A stretch of 50,202 bases of DNA from a virus. Taxonomy: Duplodnaviria; Caudoviricetes. This document shows, piece after piece, positions 35,230-44,875 of the stretch. A model generated the notes under the pieces. The model was not told the origin of the DNA, ran no database searches, and worked only from the letters and a program-made list of their open reading frames with translations. The first letter of the stretch is position 1, and the number at the start of each line of letters is the position of its first letter. Where the stretch lies: IMG/VR virus record IMGVR_UViG_3300048852_000054, positions 1-50,202 of that record; one strand, written 5' to 3'. The position numbers and the translations under genes are program-made.

Positions 35230-37509
35230 TTAGCCGGCATCGGAACAGGCCACTAAAGGGGTTTCGTTGCCGTCGTTGGTGGGCTGCTCGACCACGGCGT
35301 AGCGGATGGTGGGACGTCCTCCAGCGGTGCCCACAGCGTTCCCAAGGGCGATGACGAGCCCGCCCTCGACCAGTGAGCGCAGGATCTCCGTCCGCTCCCT
35401 CTCGGGCAGCCGCCAGCCCTTCCGGAACATCTCCATGGCGCTGATCGGACCGTGCTTCCGGATGTACTCCAGGGCCCGGTTCAGCTTCGCCTCGTACTCG
35501 TTGTCGGCGACGTGCCGGCCGGCCTCGCGAAGCAGCGTGTCAACGCAGTGCTGCGCCACCGCCCTACCCCAGGCGACATCCTCGGCCTGGATCACCGGCA
35601 CGGCCGGATCGCGGGACACGGCGCGAATCAGGGCCAGCTTCATGGCGTTCTCCGCCAGCCGGCCCGCGATGGAGGTCACGTAGGTGCCCTCGGCCTTCCG
35701 CTGCTGCTGGAGCTGGTCCTTGCGCAGCGCGCGGCGAGCTGCTGTGGCCTCCGGCGTCTCCGGCACGGTGAGAGGCTGGGGAACGGTGCTGGCGAGCATC
35801 AGGCCGGCGAGGTTGCCCGACTCGCCCGTGATCGGGTCGGCCGGGCCGGCGGCAATCGCCTGCAGCGCGGTGACCAGGTCCTCGCCGGGCTCGGCCAAGT
35901 CGGGATCCTGCTCGTCCGGATAGCTGCAGGGGCTGACGAAAAGCAGCATGCGGGCCATCAGGCCGTCATGCAGGTTCGCGCCGGCGACTGATGCCCAGAA
36001 CTGGCCAGGCGTGGTCGTACCGTAGAGGCAGGTGTTCGGCTGGTGGATGTCCACTCGCGGCCGCCCCTGCTTCGACTGGTCTGCGTACTCGCTCCCCTGC
36101 CAGACGGTGTTCGCCGAGCTGTAGAGCTCCTTCAGGTAGGCTGCGATCTGGCGTCGGTGGCTGCTGGCCTTGTCCCCCAGGACGTCGGCCAGCCAGTCGC
36201 CGAACTCGTCGATCTGGAACAGCATGGCGGGGTGGCGCTCGAGCGCGGTCCGCATGGCCGCACCCGAGGCGATGTCGCTGCCGCCGAGGTACTGCACCAA
36301 GTTCGCGGCGTAGAGGCACCGGCGGATCTGCTTCCGGGCGTGGTCCTTGCCAGCCCCGCTGTCGGCCACGCCGACGGCGTAGATGTTGGTCCGCAGGTCC
36401 GTGCTGGTGCGGTACTTCCGCCCGGCCAGGGTGCCTACCAAGCAGATGCCGGCGGCGAGGGCGAGGAAGGGCTGCGGGCTGATGGCGGTCCGCTCGCAGT
36501 GATCGATGAACAGCCGCAGCGCGCCGGGCACGTCCATCAGCTCCGGAGTGACCGCCAGCGGCTTGGCCGGCGCCTTGCGCGTTGCCTCGCGCTGCAGGGC
36601 CTTCTGGGTGAGCGTCCACACGGCCGGGGCGAGCGGGGCATCCTCCAGCCGCTCCGGCACCTCCTGCGGCCGCCCCATGCCCTCCCGGAAAGCGCGCAGC
36701 AAAGTCCGCTCGGCGGCGCGCGGGTCGCGGCACCGCGGCAGCAGGCCCGCCAGAGCGTCCCGCAGCGCGCCCAGCGCCGGGCCCTCTTCGAGGTGGCCGG
36801 CACCCACCATGCCGCCGATCGCGAAGGCCGCCTCGTTGACCGCGTGATGCTTCTGCCCGTCGGAGGCGTTGCGGATCTGGTCGCAGCGCTGGTCCAGGGC
36901 GGCAAGGCCGACCACGCTGCCTCCCTGGTCCAGCCGCGGGCGGGGCGCCGCGGCTGGCAGAGCTGGCGCAGGCAGCGCCTCCGGCGGGCACAAGGCGGGC
37001 AGAAGCCAGTCCGGCACCTCCGCCACCGGCGCGTCGTCCGCGACCGCATAGCCGGGCGATGGCGGCACGATCACGTAGCCACCGTCCCCCCGCACGTCGA
37101 TGCCAGGCGCGATCTTGCTGGCGCTGTTCTTCACCCGCTGGCCGGGCCAGCGGAGGTAGATGTGCAGCCCGCCGGAGCCAGTGCGGATGGTGCGGGTCTG
37201 CGGCATCCGATGGCTATTGGCGTCCAGCCAGGCGCGGCCCTGGGCGCCATCCTTCACGTCGACGTCGACTACCACCCAACCGACCAGCTCCCCGGTCGGC
37301 ATGCCGATCATGGCGGCACCTGGGTTGGCGAACATGCGCCGGATGGCGGCCGCGTCCGCGGTTGCGTCCTTGAAGCCGTGCTCGGTCAGAGGACGCTTCG
37401 CGGCGTTGCACGGGAACACGGGCACCCCGAGCCCGACGGCGACATCGGCAAGCGTGGTGGCCGGTGCCAGCCCCCGCCGGGCCATGTACTCGTTGAAGCG
37501 GGACATCAT
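35230..37509 (-). CDS. Bifunctional primase-polymerase (Prim-Pol) fused to a DUF3987-like helicase domain
   Basis: PVFPC..KRP...HGFKDAT, VVDVD, TGSGGLH, GIDVRGDGGYVIVPPS; GVADSGAGKD and IDEFG. Confidence 0.9.
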   Translation of the reverse strand: MMSRFNEYMARRGLAPATTLADVAVGLGVPVFPCNAAKRPLTEHGFKDATADAAAIRRMFANPGAAMIGMPTGELVGWVVVDVDVKDGAQGRAWLDANSHRMPQTRTIRTGSGGLHIYLRWPGQRVKNSASKIAPGIDVRGDGGYVIVPPSPGYAVADDAPVAEVPDWLLPALCPPEALPAPALPAAAPRPRLDQGGSVVGLAALDQRCDQIRNASDGQKHHAVNEAAFAIGGMVGAGHLEEGPALGALRDALAGLLPRCRDPRAAERTLLRAFREGMGRPQEVPERLEDAPLAPAVWTLTQKALQREATRKAPAKPLAVTPELMDVPGALRLFIDHCERTAISPQPFLALAAGICLVGTLAGRKYRTSTDLRTNIYAVGVADSGAGKDHARKQIRRCLYAANLVQYLGGSDIASGAAMRTALERHPAMLFQIDEFGDWLADVLGDKASSHRRQIAAYLKELYSSANTVWQGSEYADQSKQGRPRVDIHQPNTCLYGTTTPGQFWASVAGANLHDGLMARMLLFVSPCSYPDEQDPDLAEPGEDLVTALQAIAAGPADPITGESGNLAGLMLASTVPQPLTVPETPEATAARRALRKDQLQQQRKAEGTYVTSIAGRLAENAMKLALIRAVSRDPAVPVIQAEDVAWGRAVAQHCVDTLLREAGRHVADNEYEAKLNRALEYIRKHGPISAMEMFRKGWRLPERERTEILRSLVEGGLVIALGNAVGTAGGRPTIRYAVVEQPTNDGNETPLVACSDAG

Positions 37510-37853
37510 GCGGCCCTGGTCCTTGCCAGGGCCTCGTTGATCGCCGCCTGCTGGGCGCAGAGGCTGTCGACGTAGCCGCCGCAGATCACCTCGATGAACT
37601 GCTGCCACTGCTCGGGCGTCCACCGCGCCATGTCAGTCTTGCCGAGCTTCTCGATGAACTCGCCGGCGCGGTCGCTCGCCGCGGCCATAGCGGCGAGCTC
37701 ATGCTCGTTGGGGTCAACCATGCTGCGTCGTTCTCCCCAGATGGCCGAGCAGGTCGGCGAACAGGTTGGTGCGGTCCAGAAGACCCGCAGCGTCCGGAGC
37801 GGGTGCCACCACTGCCAATGCGTGGCGGGCCTGTCGCAGGTGCGGCATCTCAA
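37506..37853 (-). CDS. Small conserved phage protein (DUF6511-like)
   Basis: MVDPNEHE..AM..A...AGEFIE.LGKTDMARWT.EQW. Confidence 0.6.
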   Translation of the reverse strand: MRCRTCDRPATHWQWWHPLRTLRVFWTAPTCSPTCSAIWGERRSMVDPNEHELAAMAAASDRAGEFIEKLGKTDMARWTPEQWQQFIEVICGGYVDSLCAQQAAINEALARTRAA

Positions 37854-39424
37854 AACCTCACCCCCACGATTTCGGTGTACTGACCCACGGGCCGGATCTG
37901 GATCGCGGTGGGCCTGCGCAGCTCGGTGGACACCGCCATCGCTTCAGCCACGTTCGCCGGGATCGGCGCATCGGTGCGCCGGCGCCACCAGCTCTCTGCC
38001 TTCTGCCGCGGAAAGCCTGCGTGCTCGAAGCAGATCCACTCCGAGTGGGTGGAGAGCCCGCAGTGATAGGTGACGCGCATCGAGGTGGGCTTGCCCGGCT
38101 TCGCATGCGGGCGGTAGTCGACGTGCACCACATCGCACCACTCGGGCTGCATCTGCGTGGACAGCAGCGCCGCGGTGGAGGCCTGCGCCGTCACCTTGAG
38201 CTCGGGCGGCGGGAATTCGTGGTCGCAGGAAATGCAGCGGCGCACGCTGGCGTGGTTGATGGCCTGGCACTCGGGGCAGGTCTTGACCGGCGCCTCACCC
38301 GGCTCGTCATCCTTCTCGCCCCGGTGCCCATCCACTGTGTCGATCGGGCCGTGCCGGGCCGTGTTGCCCGCGAAGTCGAGGACGAGGCAGTCGTCCTTGC
38401 CCGGCGCCAGGCGGGTGCCTCGGCCGACCATCTGGACGTAGAGCCCGACGCTCTTGGTGGGGCGCATCAGCGCGACCAGATCGGTCCCTGGCGCGTCGAA
38501 GCCGGTGGTCAGCACGTTGGCATTGGTGACGCAGCGGAGCCGGCCGGCCTTGTACGCGGCCAGGATCGCGTCGCGCTCCGCTGGCGGCGTGTCGCCAGTC
38601 ACCATCTCGCAGGAGATGCCATGCTCTCGGATGGCGTCGCGGACGTGGCGGGCATGCTTGACGCCGGAGCAGAACACCAGCCAGGAACCGCGCCCGGCGC
38701 CATGGCGGACGATCTCGGCCACCGCGGCGCGGGTCACGTCGTCCACATCTACGGCAGCCTCGAGCTGACCGGCGATGAACTCGCCGCCGCGGGTGCCGAC
38801 GCCGGACACGTCCAGCTGCGTCTCGGTCTGCTTCGGCACGACCGGGCAGAGGTAGCCCTGCTGGATCATCTCCAGGACCGGCACCGTGTAGGCGATGTCG
38901 GTGAAGATCCGGTCCTTCCCGACGTGCAGCAGCCCAGTGTCGAGCCGATACGGCGTGGCGGTGAAGCCCACCACCTTCAGGAGCCCGGCGTTGATCACGT
39001 CCAGGTCCATCAGGAACTTTCGGTACATGCTGCCGTCGTTGCGCGACAGCAGGTGCGCCTCGTCGATGATCACTAGGTCGCAGCGTTGCACCCGGCTGGC
39101 GTGCCGGTGGATGGACTGGATGCCGGCGAAGAGGATCTGCGCGTGGATGTCACGGCGGCTGAGGCCCGCCGAGTAGATGCCCGCCGGCGCCCCGGGCCAC
39201 ATGCGGATCAGCGCCTGAAAATTCTGCGCAATCAGTTCCTTGACATGGGTCAGCATCAGGATCCGGGTGTCCGGGAAGGCCGCCAAGGCCTCACGCACGA
39301 ACCCGGCGATGACGACGCTCTTCCCGGTGCCGGTGGGCATGACCACCAACGGGTTGCCCGTGTTCTGTCCGAAGTAGTCGTAGAGCGCGTCGATGGCGCC
39401 GCGCTGGTAGCCTCGCAGCTCCAT
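37850..39424 (-). CDS. SF2 DEAH helicase with C-terminal Zn finger
   Basis: LRGYQ, PTGTGKS, IIDEAH, TATP, LTTGFDAP, QMVGRGTR, CPEC/CISC. Confidence 0.93.
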   Translation of the reverse strand: MELRGYQRGAIDALYDYFGQNTGNPLVVMPTGTGKSVVIAGFVREALAAFPDTRILMLTHVKELIAQNFQALIRMWPGAPAGIYSAGLSRRDIHAQILFAGIQSIHRHASRVQRCDLVIIDEAHLLSRNDGSMYRKFLMDLDVINAGLLKVVGFTATPYRLDTGLLHVGKDRIFTDIAYTVPVLEMIQQGYLCPVVPKQTETQLDVSGVGTRGGEFIAGQLEAAVDVDDVTRAAVAEIVRHGAGRGSWLVFCSGVKHARHVRDAIREHGISCEMVTGDTPPAERDAILAAYKAGRLRCVTNANVLTTGFDAPGTDLVALMRPTKSVGLYVQMVGRGTRLAPGKDDCLVLDFAGNTARHGPIDTVDGHRGEKDDEPGEAPVKTCPECQAINHASVRRCISCDHEFPPPELKVTAQASTAALLSTQMQPEWCDVVHVDYRPHAKPGKPTSMRVTYHCGLSTHSEWICFEHAGFPRQKAESWWRRRTDAPIPANVAEAMAVSTELRRPTAIQIRPVGQYTEIVGVRF

Positions 39425-40353
39425 CACGCCTGCACCCCATCGCGCCAGGTGGAGCCGTCGCGCATGCGGTAGGCCACCCAATCCTCCCCGGCGTCGACCT
39501 GCTCGCCGGGCACGAGGCCGGGGATGTAGAGGTGAGCGGCGCAGCCGACGCGCTGGACCTGCGGCGTCAGTTCCGCCTGCAGCCGTGCACAGTGCCAGCC
39601 ACCGCCGGCGACTGGCGTGGAGTGCAGGCAGGACCGGCAGTGCCGCTCCGGCACCGCGTCGCCATGGCAGGCGTCGCGGTGGTCGCAGAACCGGCACTGG
39701 AACCAAGCGGGGTCCTGGCTGATTCGCTCGGGCGGCTGGGCGGCACCGATAATGCGCTCAGCCTTGGCGACGATACGGAGGCCAGCCTCCTGGTCGCGCC
39801 GCACGCGCTCCTGATAGAGCTCGTCGGTGTCCTTGCAGACCGCGAGGTAGAAGGCGCGCTCGATGTCGGCCAGATGCATGTAGGCCTGCATCTGTGCCCA
39901 GTGCAGCGGCTTCGACTTCTCCACCCCCTCCGCCTGCAGCTTGGCAAAGGACTTGGCGTTGTGGGTCTTGAACTCGCAGACGTGCCAGGCCTTCGGCGCC
40001 TCCGGGAAGCCAACGGCCACGGCGTCCATGCTGCCGCCGAAGTGGCCCGAGCCATCCCGCACCACCCACTGCCGGCCGGTGTCAGGGTCCACGTCCAGAA
40101 CGGTCACGCCGATCCGCCGGAGGTTCGCCACTAAGCGCGCCTCCTCGAGCTGGCCCGTCTCGAACAGGCGCAGCAGTCGGCCCGTGTGCCGGGCCCGGGT
40201 GGCCCAGCGCCAGGAGTACCAGGCGGCCCGACCGCAGGGACCACCGATCAGGGAGGCGCCCAGGTGATCCCGGTAGCCGCTCTCCTGCGCCGCCTCATAG
40301 GCCGCGTAGATGGCGTCCACGGTCGGGGTTGCCGGCGCTGGCAGGGCTGCCAT
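39424..40353 (-). CDS. Cas4-like PD-(D/E)XK exonuclease
   Basis: HLGASLIG.PC, GSMD, EFKTH, QMQAYM, CRFC. Confidence 0.85.
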   Translation of the reverse strand: MAALPAPATPTVDAIYAAYEAAQESGYRDHLGASLIGGPCGRAAWYSWRWATRARHTGRLLRLFETGQLEEARLVANLRRIGVTVLDVDPDTGRQWVVRDGSGHFGGSMDAVAVGFPEAPKAWHVCEFKTHNAKSFAKLQAEGVEKSKPLHWAQMQAYMHLADIERAFYLAVCKDTDELYQERVRRDQEAGLRIVAKAERIIGAAQPPERISQDPAWFQCRFCDHRDACHGDAVPERHCRSCLHSTPVAGGGWHCARLQAELTPQVQRVGCAAHLYIPGLVPGEQVDAGEDWVAYRMRDGSTWRDGVQA

Positions 40354-40437
40354 GTTCAGGGAGCTCTCGGGCTTGCTCGACGGGTGGAAGCCGGGGGCGG
40401 GCCGGCCTCGAAAACTGAACCGCCCCCGGCGGCTACA

Positions 40438-40971
40438 TCAGGCCGAGCGACGCCACGGCGCGTTCGCCATGGGCTGGCGAGCCGCGGGGGCCGGCGCCGG
40501 CTGGGCAGGCGCTGCGGTCTGAGGGCGCGGGGCCGCGAAGGCCTGCCCGCCGCCTGTCGCGGCGTAGCCCTTCACCACGTTCTGCTTCCGCTGCTCCCCG
40601 GCGGGCTTGTCCCCGTCGCGGCTGTCCGTCTCGACGTTGACGGTCGCGAGCATCGGCTTGAAGTGCAGCTCCTCGCTGTCGGAGACCTGCAGCTTGCCGA
40701 CCGCGTGGCAGATGGCGGACAGCGTGCGCTGCGCGATCTCGACCGCCTTCTGGTTGGGGTTCACCAGGTTCAGCCGGTCCCAGAGCTTCCGGCCCTTCGC
40801 CGGGCCATCGACGATCTCGAGCTCCAGCCAGAGCATCTGCCCGCCGCCGGCCTTGGTGTCGCGCATCTCGCTCTGCACGATCTGCACGATGTACTTGCCC
40901 GGGGGGAAGATCTCGACCGGGGCCGAGGGCTCGACGTTGTTGGCATCAAAGGTGCCACCAAGGAAGGCCAT
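40438..40971 (-). CDS. DUF669-family putative ssDNA-binding protein
   Basis: PPGKYIVQI..SEM..TK, GRKLWDRLNL, C-terminal APW. Confidence 0.8.
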   Translation of the reverse strand: MAFLGGTFDANNVEPSAPVEIFPPGKYIVQIVQSEMRDTKAGGGQMLWLELEIVDGPAKGRKLWDRLNLVNPNQKAVEIAQRTLSAICHAVGKLQVSDSEELHFKPMLATVNVETDSRDGDKPAGEQRKQNVVKGYAATGGGQAFAAPRPQTAAPAQPAPAPAARQPMANAPWRRSA

Positions 40972-40976
40972 GGGCG

Positions 40977-41750
40977 TTACTCCGCAGCGGCGGCGGGCGC
41001 CGCCTGGTTGGGGGTGTAGTAGGGAATGGCGGCCGCGAGCGCGGACCAGTCGAGCGGCACGCTGTCGGGCAGGCCGTACCGGTTCTTCGCCAGGAAGGCG
41101 GGGCGCTCGGTCGTGTAGAGCATGCGATCGCCGCCCCCGACGCCGCGCACGGCCTTCTTGTTGAAGCCGAGGTCGGTCTTCACCGTGCTGACCCGGTAGT
41201 TGGCGAAGAGCACGCAGTCGACGTGCTCCTGCACCAGTGCCGAAGCCCGCGGCTGCAGCTTGATCTGGTACCGGTCGTAGGGCTCGGTTTCCGGGCTGTC
41301 GAAGCGCTTGATCTCGCAGTGGGCCAGCAGCATCACGCCCATCTGCTTCTCGTCGCGCAGGGCGTTGAAGCCGTCGAGCAGGGAGCGCCACTGATCGAGC
41401 GCCGCGAGGTAGCCCTTGCCGTACCCGGCATCCTCGATGTTCGCCCACTTGTTCAGCCGGCACGTCTCGCGCCAGACCAGCGGCTCGAGCCAGTCAAGGC
41501 TGTCGACCACGACGGTCTGGAAGTCGTGCGGCTCGTTGTAGAGCGCCGCCAGGGCCTCCATGACCTCATCATAGGTCTTCAGGAGACCGAAGGTCGGGCA
41601 GCTGACCTCCGACTCCTCGGTCTGCAGGAAGACCGGGGCGGGAGCGTTGACGCCGAGCGTAGTCTTGCCGATGCCGTGTGTGCCATAGACCAGCATGCGC
41701 GGCGGCTTGCGGTCCGAGGACCGCTTCAGCGAAGCGAGAGAGATCGCCAT
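40977..41750 (-). CDS. AAA_24 / Sak4-like ATPase (recombinase)
   Basis: YGTHGIGKTT, TVVVDSLDWLE, GYGKGY, AKNRY. Confidence 0.88.
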   Translation of the reverse strand: MAISLASLKRSSDRKPPRMLVYGTHGIGKTTLGVNAPAPVFLQTEESEVSCPTFGLLKTYDEVMEALAALYNEPHDFQTVVVDSLDWLEPLVWRETCRLNKWANIEDAGYGKGYLAALDQWRSLLDGFNALRDEKQMGVMLLAHCEIKRFDSPETEPYDRYQIKLQPRASALVQEHVDCVLFANYRVSTVKTDLGFNKKAVRGVGGGDRMLYTTERPAFLAKNRYGLPDSVPLDWSALAAAIPYYTPNQAAPAAAAE

Positions 41751-42232
41751 CAGGCAGCACTCCGCTTGGCACGCTCAACCTTGAAGGTCGGGCGGCCGAC
41801 GCCAACCGTGCGGTGCGGCAGGAACATGCCCTGCAGAGAGGACGGCCACTTCTGGAAGGCCGCCTCGCTGACCACCCGGCGGACCTGGATGTACTCGCCC
41901 GCCGGCTCGCCCATTTCGGTCAGCTGGCGCTCGACCGAGGCCAGGCCAGCCTCGTCCCACTCGACCTTCTTGGGAAGGTCGGCGCGAATCAGGAAGTCGC
42001 CGTCCGCCACGGTGACGGTGCCAGTGTCCTTGCCCTCCCCTCGCCGCAGCGCGGTGGCCTGGTCGCCGTAGCGGAGGGACAGGGCCTGGTGCAGCAGATC
42101 GTCCAGCCGCTTGGTGTCGGCCTTCAGCTCCGCCATGTCTTCGAGCAGCGCGGCGATCTGATCGACGGGCAGGCCGGCGGCCTGGTCGGCGGTCATATCG
42201 CGGAGCTGCGCCAGGGTGACGCGGTTGCTCAC
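41750..42232 (-). CDS. Conserved phage hypothetical protein
   Basis: Coupled ORF in the recombination cluster; GKDTGTV, DLPKKVEWD. Confidence 0.7.
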   Translation of the reverse strand: MSNRVTLAQLRDMTADQAAGLPVDQIAALLEDMAELKADTKRLDDLLHQALSLRYGDQATALRRGEGKDTGTVTVADGDFLIRADLPKKVEWDEAGLASVERQLTEMGEPAGEYIQVRRVVSEAAFQKWPSSLQGMFLPHRTVGVGRPTFKVERAKRSAA

Positions 42233-42780
42233 GGATTGGTCCCCTTGCCGGCGGGGGTGACCTTGCGCACCGGCCGGCTGCGGCGCGAAGGGATTGGGCC
42301 CGGCAGAGCCCAGAGCTCCACCAGCAGCGTGCCCTCGCGGCTGTCGTCGATTTCGACGGCGAGCCGGCGGCAGTACTTGTCATTGCGGATGGCGCCGCCG
42401 TGCTGGCAGGCGTCGAGCGACGGCTTGATGCGGTTGTCGATGTCCGCGGCGGTCTCGGGGAAGATGATGCGCGCCGCAAAGTGCCCGGCGATCCAGGCGC
42501 CGGCGCGCTGCGCGACCACTTCCCACGAGGCCGACTTCATCCAGTCGCGGAATGGGGCACGCTTGACGAGGCGCGCGCCCTCCGACGTCCGCTGGGGCTG
42601 CCACGACTTGTTCGCTGAAGGCGGCAGCGGCAGCACGAGACGAATGGAGGGCTCTGTCTCCCAAAGAGGCCCCCGGCCGCCGTCGCTGACGGCCGGGGCA
42701 GTTTGGGAGGAAACGCCCGCCTCGCGGGCCTCGGTGCGCGCGGCGTCGCCGCGCGGCATTGCGATGATGGAAGCGCTCAC
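42229..42780 (-). CDS. RusA-like Holliday junction resolvase
   Basis: LPLPPSAN, DIDNRIKPSLD, IRND. Confidence 0.85.
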   Translation of the reverse strand: MSASIIAMPRGDAARTEAREAGVSSQTAPAVSDGGRGPLWETEPSIRLVLPLPPSANKSWQPQRTSEGARLVKRAPFRDWMKSASWEVVAQRAGAWIAGHFAARIIFPETAADIDNRIKPSLDACQHGGAIRNDKYCRRLAVEIDDSREGTLLVELWALPGPIPSRRSRPVRKVTPAGKGTNP

Positions 42781-43280
42781 GCGACGGCCCGGATCTTGGT
42801 GCCGCCATTCGCCGATCCCGCGTCGGGAGCGGCACCACCCTCGCCGGCGAGCTCGGCCGCGAGATGCCCCTCCAGCGCGTGCAGCGCGCGCAGCGCGTCA
42901 TGCACCTCGCGGTGGATCCGTTGCTTCTCTTCCCGCGTGACCACGCCATCCCGCCGTGCATCGGCGTAGGCGGCGAACATCGGGCCGGTCTCGGCGCCGA
43001 AGCGGGCGAGCAGCACGTCGAGCTCGCCCTCCGTCAGCGGCTCGCTGCGCACCAGCAAATGGCCGCCGCGGCGGGCCAGCTCGGCGGTGATCAGCGGCTC
43101 GCCCGTCAGGTCCTCCAGCCGCGCGACGACGTCCGCCGGCACATGCTGCTCGTGCTGAAGCGACTGGTAGTTGGAGAGCTGACTGCGCCCCACGCGCGTC
43201 GCCGCGGCGACCGCATCGATGCCGCCGGCGCGCTCGATCAGCGTCCGGGCGAGCGTCTTTAGGGCGGGGTCGATTCTCAT
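42777..43280 (-). CDS. Phage regulatory protein, CII-like
   Basis: N-terminal HTH (GGIDAVAAATRVGRSQLSNY), DGVVTREE; downstream of cro. Confidence 0.6.
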   Translation of the reverse strand: MRIDPALKTLARTLIERAGGIDAVAAATRVGRSQLSNYQSLQHEQHVPADVVARLEDLTGEPLITAELARRGGHLLVRSEPLTEGELDVLLARFGAETGPMFAAYADARRDGVVTREEKQRIHREVHDALRALHALEGHLAAELAGEGGAAPDAGSANGGTKIRAVA

Positions 43281-43574
43281 GTGGACTGGATCCTGATGAC
43301 ACTGGCGGGGGTGGCGGGCAGGGTGACGGCATGACGATCCGCCGCCTCCTGCTGGACCTGCTGCCCGCCGTCGTGGCGGTGGTTGGAGTGTTGCTGGCGC
43401 TGGGCGGCGACCTGCTGTGGGGCGGCGGATGAACCGCGCATCGCATCAGGCGCGGGACTGGGCGCCTGTGAGAACGCAGGGGTTGAGACACACGGCAAAA
43501 AAGGGGCCGCGGCTCGAAGGGCGCGCGAAGTCCGTCGGCCAGGTCCGGCGACCACCAGCGATGTGGGGCGCACC

Positions 43575-43802
43575 TCAGGCCGCCTCCGGCGCTTCGTCGG
43601 AGGCGACGCGCGGTGCCGGACACGCGACGCCAGCGATGAGTTCCTCAGCGCGCTCGATGGAGGAGAGCGAAACCTGTCCTCTCCGCAGTCGGGCCATCCA
43701 CTTATGGTCGCCCGTTACGGCGATGCCGAACTGGCGCTCGCTCTGGCCAATCTGGGCCAGATGAGCCTCGATTCGCTGGAGCAGGAGGTCACGCGTTCGC
43801 AT
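43575..43802 (-). CDS. Cro-like HTH regulator
   Basis: LLQRIEAHL...SERQFGIAVTGD..WMARLRRG; divergent from cI. Confidence 0.8.
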   Translation of the reverse strand: MRTRDLLLQRIEAHLAQIGQSERQFGIAVTGDHKWMARLRRGQVSLSSIERAEELIAGVACPAPRVASDEAPEAA

Positions 43803-43813
43803 GTCCGAGAGAA

Positions 43814-43889
43814 TGGGGGATTTATCTCCCATTCACAAGGGGATTCTTCTCCCATGCATAAGTTCGCGAGGCGGGGAATATTCCCCCGC
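43814..43889. promoter_or_regulatory. Three operator-like imperfect palindromes (OR-like) between cro and cI
   Basis: TGGGGGATTTATCTCCCA, AGGGGATTCTTCTCCCA, GCGGGGAATATTCCCCCGC. Confidence 0.8.
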
Positions 43890-44615
43890 ATGGCGCCCCC
43901 CGACCCGCTGCGTGATGCGATTCGCGAATATCTGAACCGGACTGGTGAGTCCGCTCGGGAGCTGTCGCTGAAGGCAGGCCTCAACGAGAAAGCGATCGGC
44001 CAGATCCTCAATGGCCGCTCGCAAAGCCCGCGGGGTCAAACTCTGGTACGCTTGGCCGATGTGCTGGGACTTCCGGTCTCGCAGCTCCTTGCACTGCCGC
44101 CTGGCGCCGTGCAGCAGGGCACCGCCGGCATCGAGCCCAGGAGGCGCCCACGAGCGCCCGAAGCCGAGCAGCCGGAGCGCGCGGCAACGGTGCGCGTTCC
44201 GGAACTCGATGTTCGTCCACAGGGTGGCGGTGGCGCCGAGATGCCGGTGCTTGACGGCAACGGCAATCACGCTGTGGTCGCTCAGTGGTCGATGCCTGCG
44301 GATTATCTGCGCGCCTTCGTCTCAGCTCCGGAGCACGTCCGGATAGTCCGGGTGGCCGGCGACAGCATGGAGCCCGAGTACCCCGCTGGAGAGAGGGTAG
44401 CCGTGGACACCAGCCACACCGTTCCCAGCCCGCCCGGGGTCTATGTTCTGTGGGATGGCTTTGGGCTGGTGCTGAAGCGGCTGGAGATCCTGATGGGGTC
44501 GGATCCGCCCCGCGTCCGGCTCAGCAGCATCAATCCGGCCTATCCGCCCTACGAGCGCTTGCTGTCGGAAATCATGGTGAACGGCCGCGTCATCGGGAAG
44601 TGGACGTGGCGGTGA
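43890..44615 (+). CDS. CI-like repressor (HTH + S24 peptidase)
   Basis: SARELSLKAGLNEKAIGQIL HTH; VAGDSMEP serine motif, VLKRL lysine motif. Confidence 0.93.
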   Translation: MAPPDPLRDAIREYLNRTGESARELSLKAGLNEKAIGQILNGRSQSPRGQTLVRLADVLGLPVSQLLALPPGAVQQGTAGIEPRRRPRAPEAEQPERAATVRVPELDVRPQGGGGAEMPVLDGNGNHAVVAQWSMPADYLRAFVSAPEHVRIVRVAGDSMEPEYPAGERVAVDTSHTVPSPPGVYVLWDGFGLVLKRLEILMGSDPPRVRLSSINPAYPPYERLLSEIMVNGRVIGKWTWR

Positions 44616-44875
44616 GGGTTGGAGTGCACACCATCCTTTAGTCCGTTGAGGGCGAGCGGGCGCCACTGGCGGCCTAAGGTGAGAACCCAATCAGCGGCCG
44701 CTGCTACCGACCGTTCTCGGAAGTTCAGACGCGGCAACCGCATGTCGAGTGTCGCCGGCAGCCGGCCTTGCTTGCCGCTCGTCGCGCGCACAGAATGAAG
44801 CGTGTCGATGGAATAGGCAGCCTTGGTCACGCGCGCAACGGAGTGAAGTGGGGCGCCTTTGAGGTAGAATCACAG

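Noticed and set aside
17331-37575. Long plus-strand ORFs (e.g. 17331..18929, 23742..25424, 27425..29731, 30449..32038, 36043..37575)
   Set aside because: They are antisense shadows of well-supported minus-strand genes in high-GC DNA and have no recognisable motifs.
39424-40353. Cas4-like nuclease as evidence of a CRISPR-Cas system
   Set aside because: No repeat-spacer array or other cas genes were seen. It sits in a standard phage recombination cluster (Sak4-like ATPase, DUF669, helicase).
43277-43573. 98-aa ORF between cro and the CII-like gene
   Set aside because: Low-complexity translation with no motif; the true small gene here may be in another frame.
43383-43889. 169-aa N-terminal extension of CI given by the ORF track
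   Set aside because: It overlaps cro and the operators on the opposite strand. The HTH begins right after ATG 43890.
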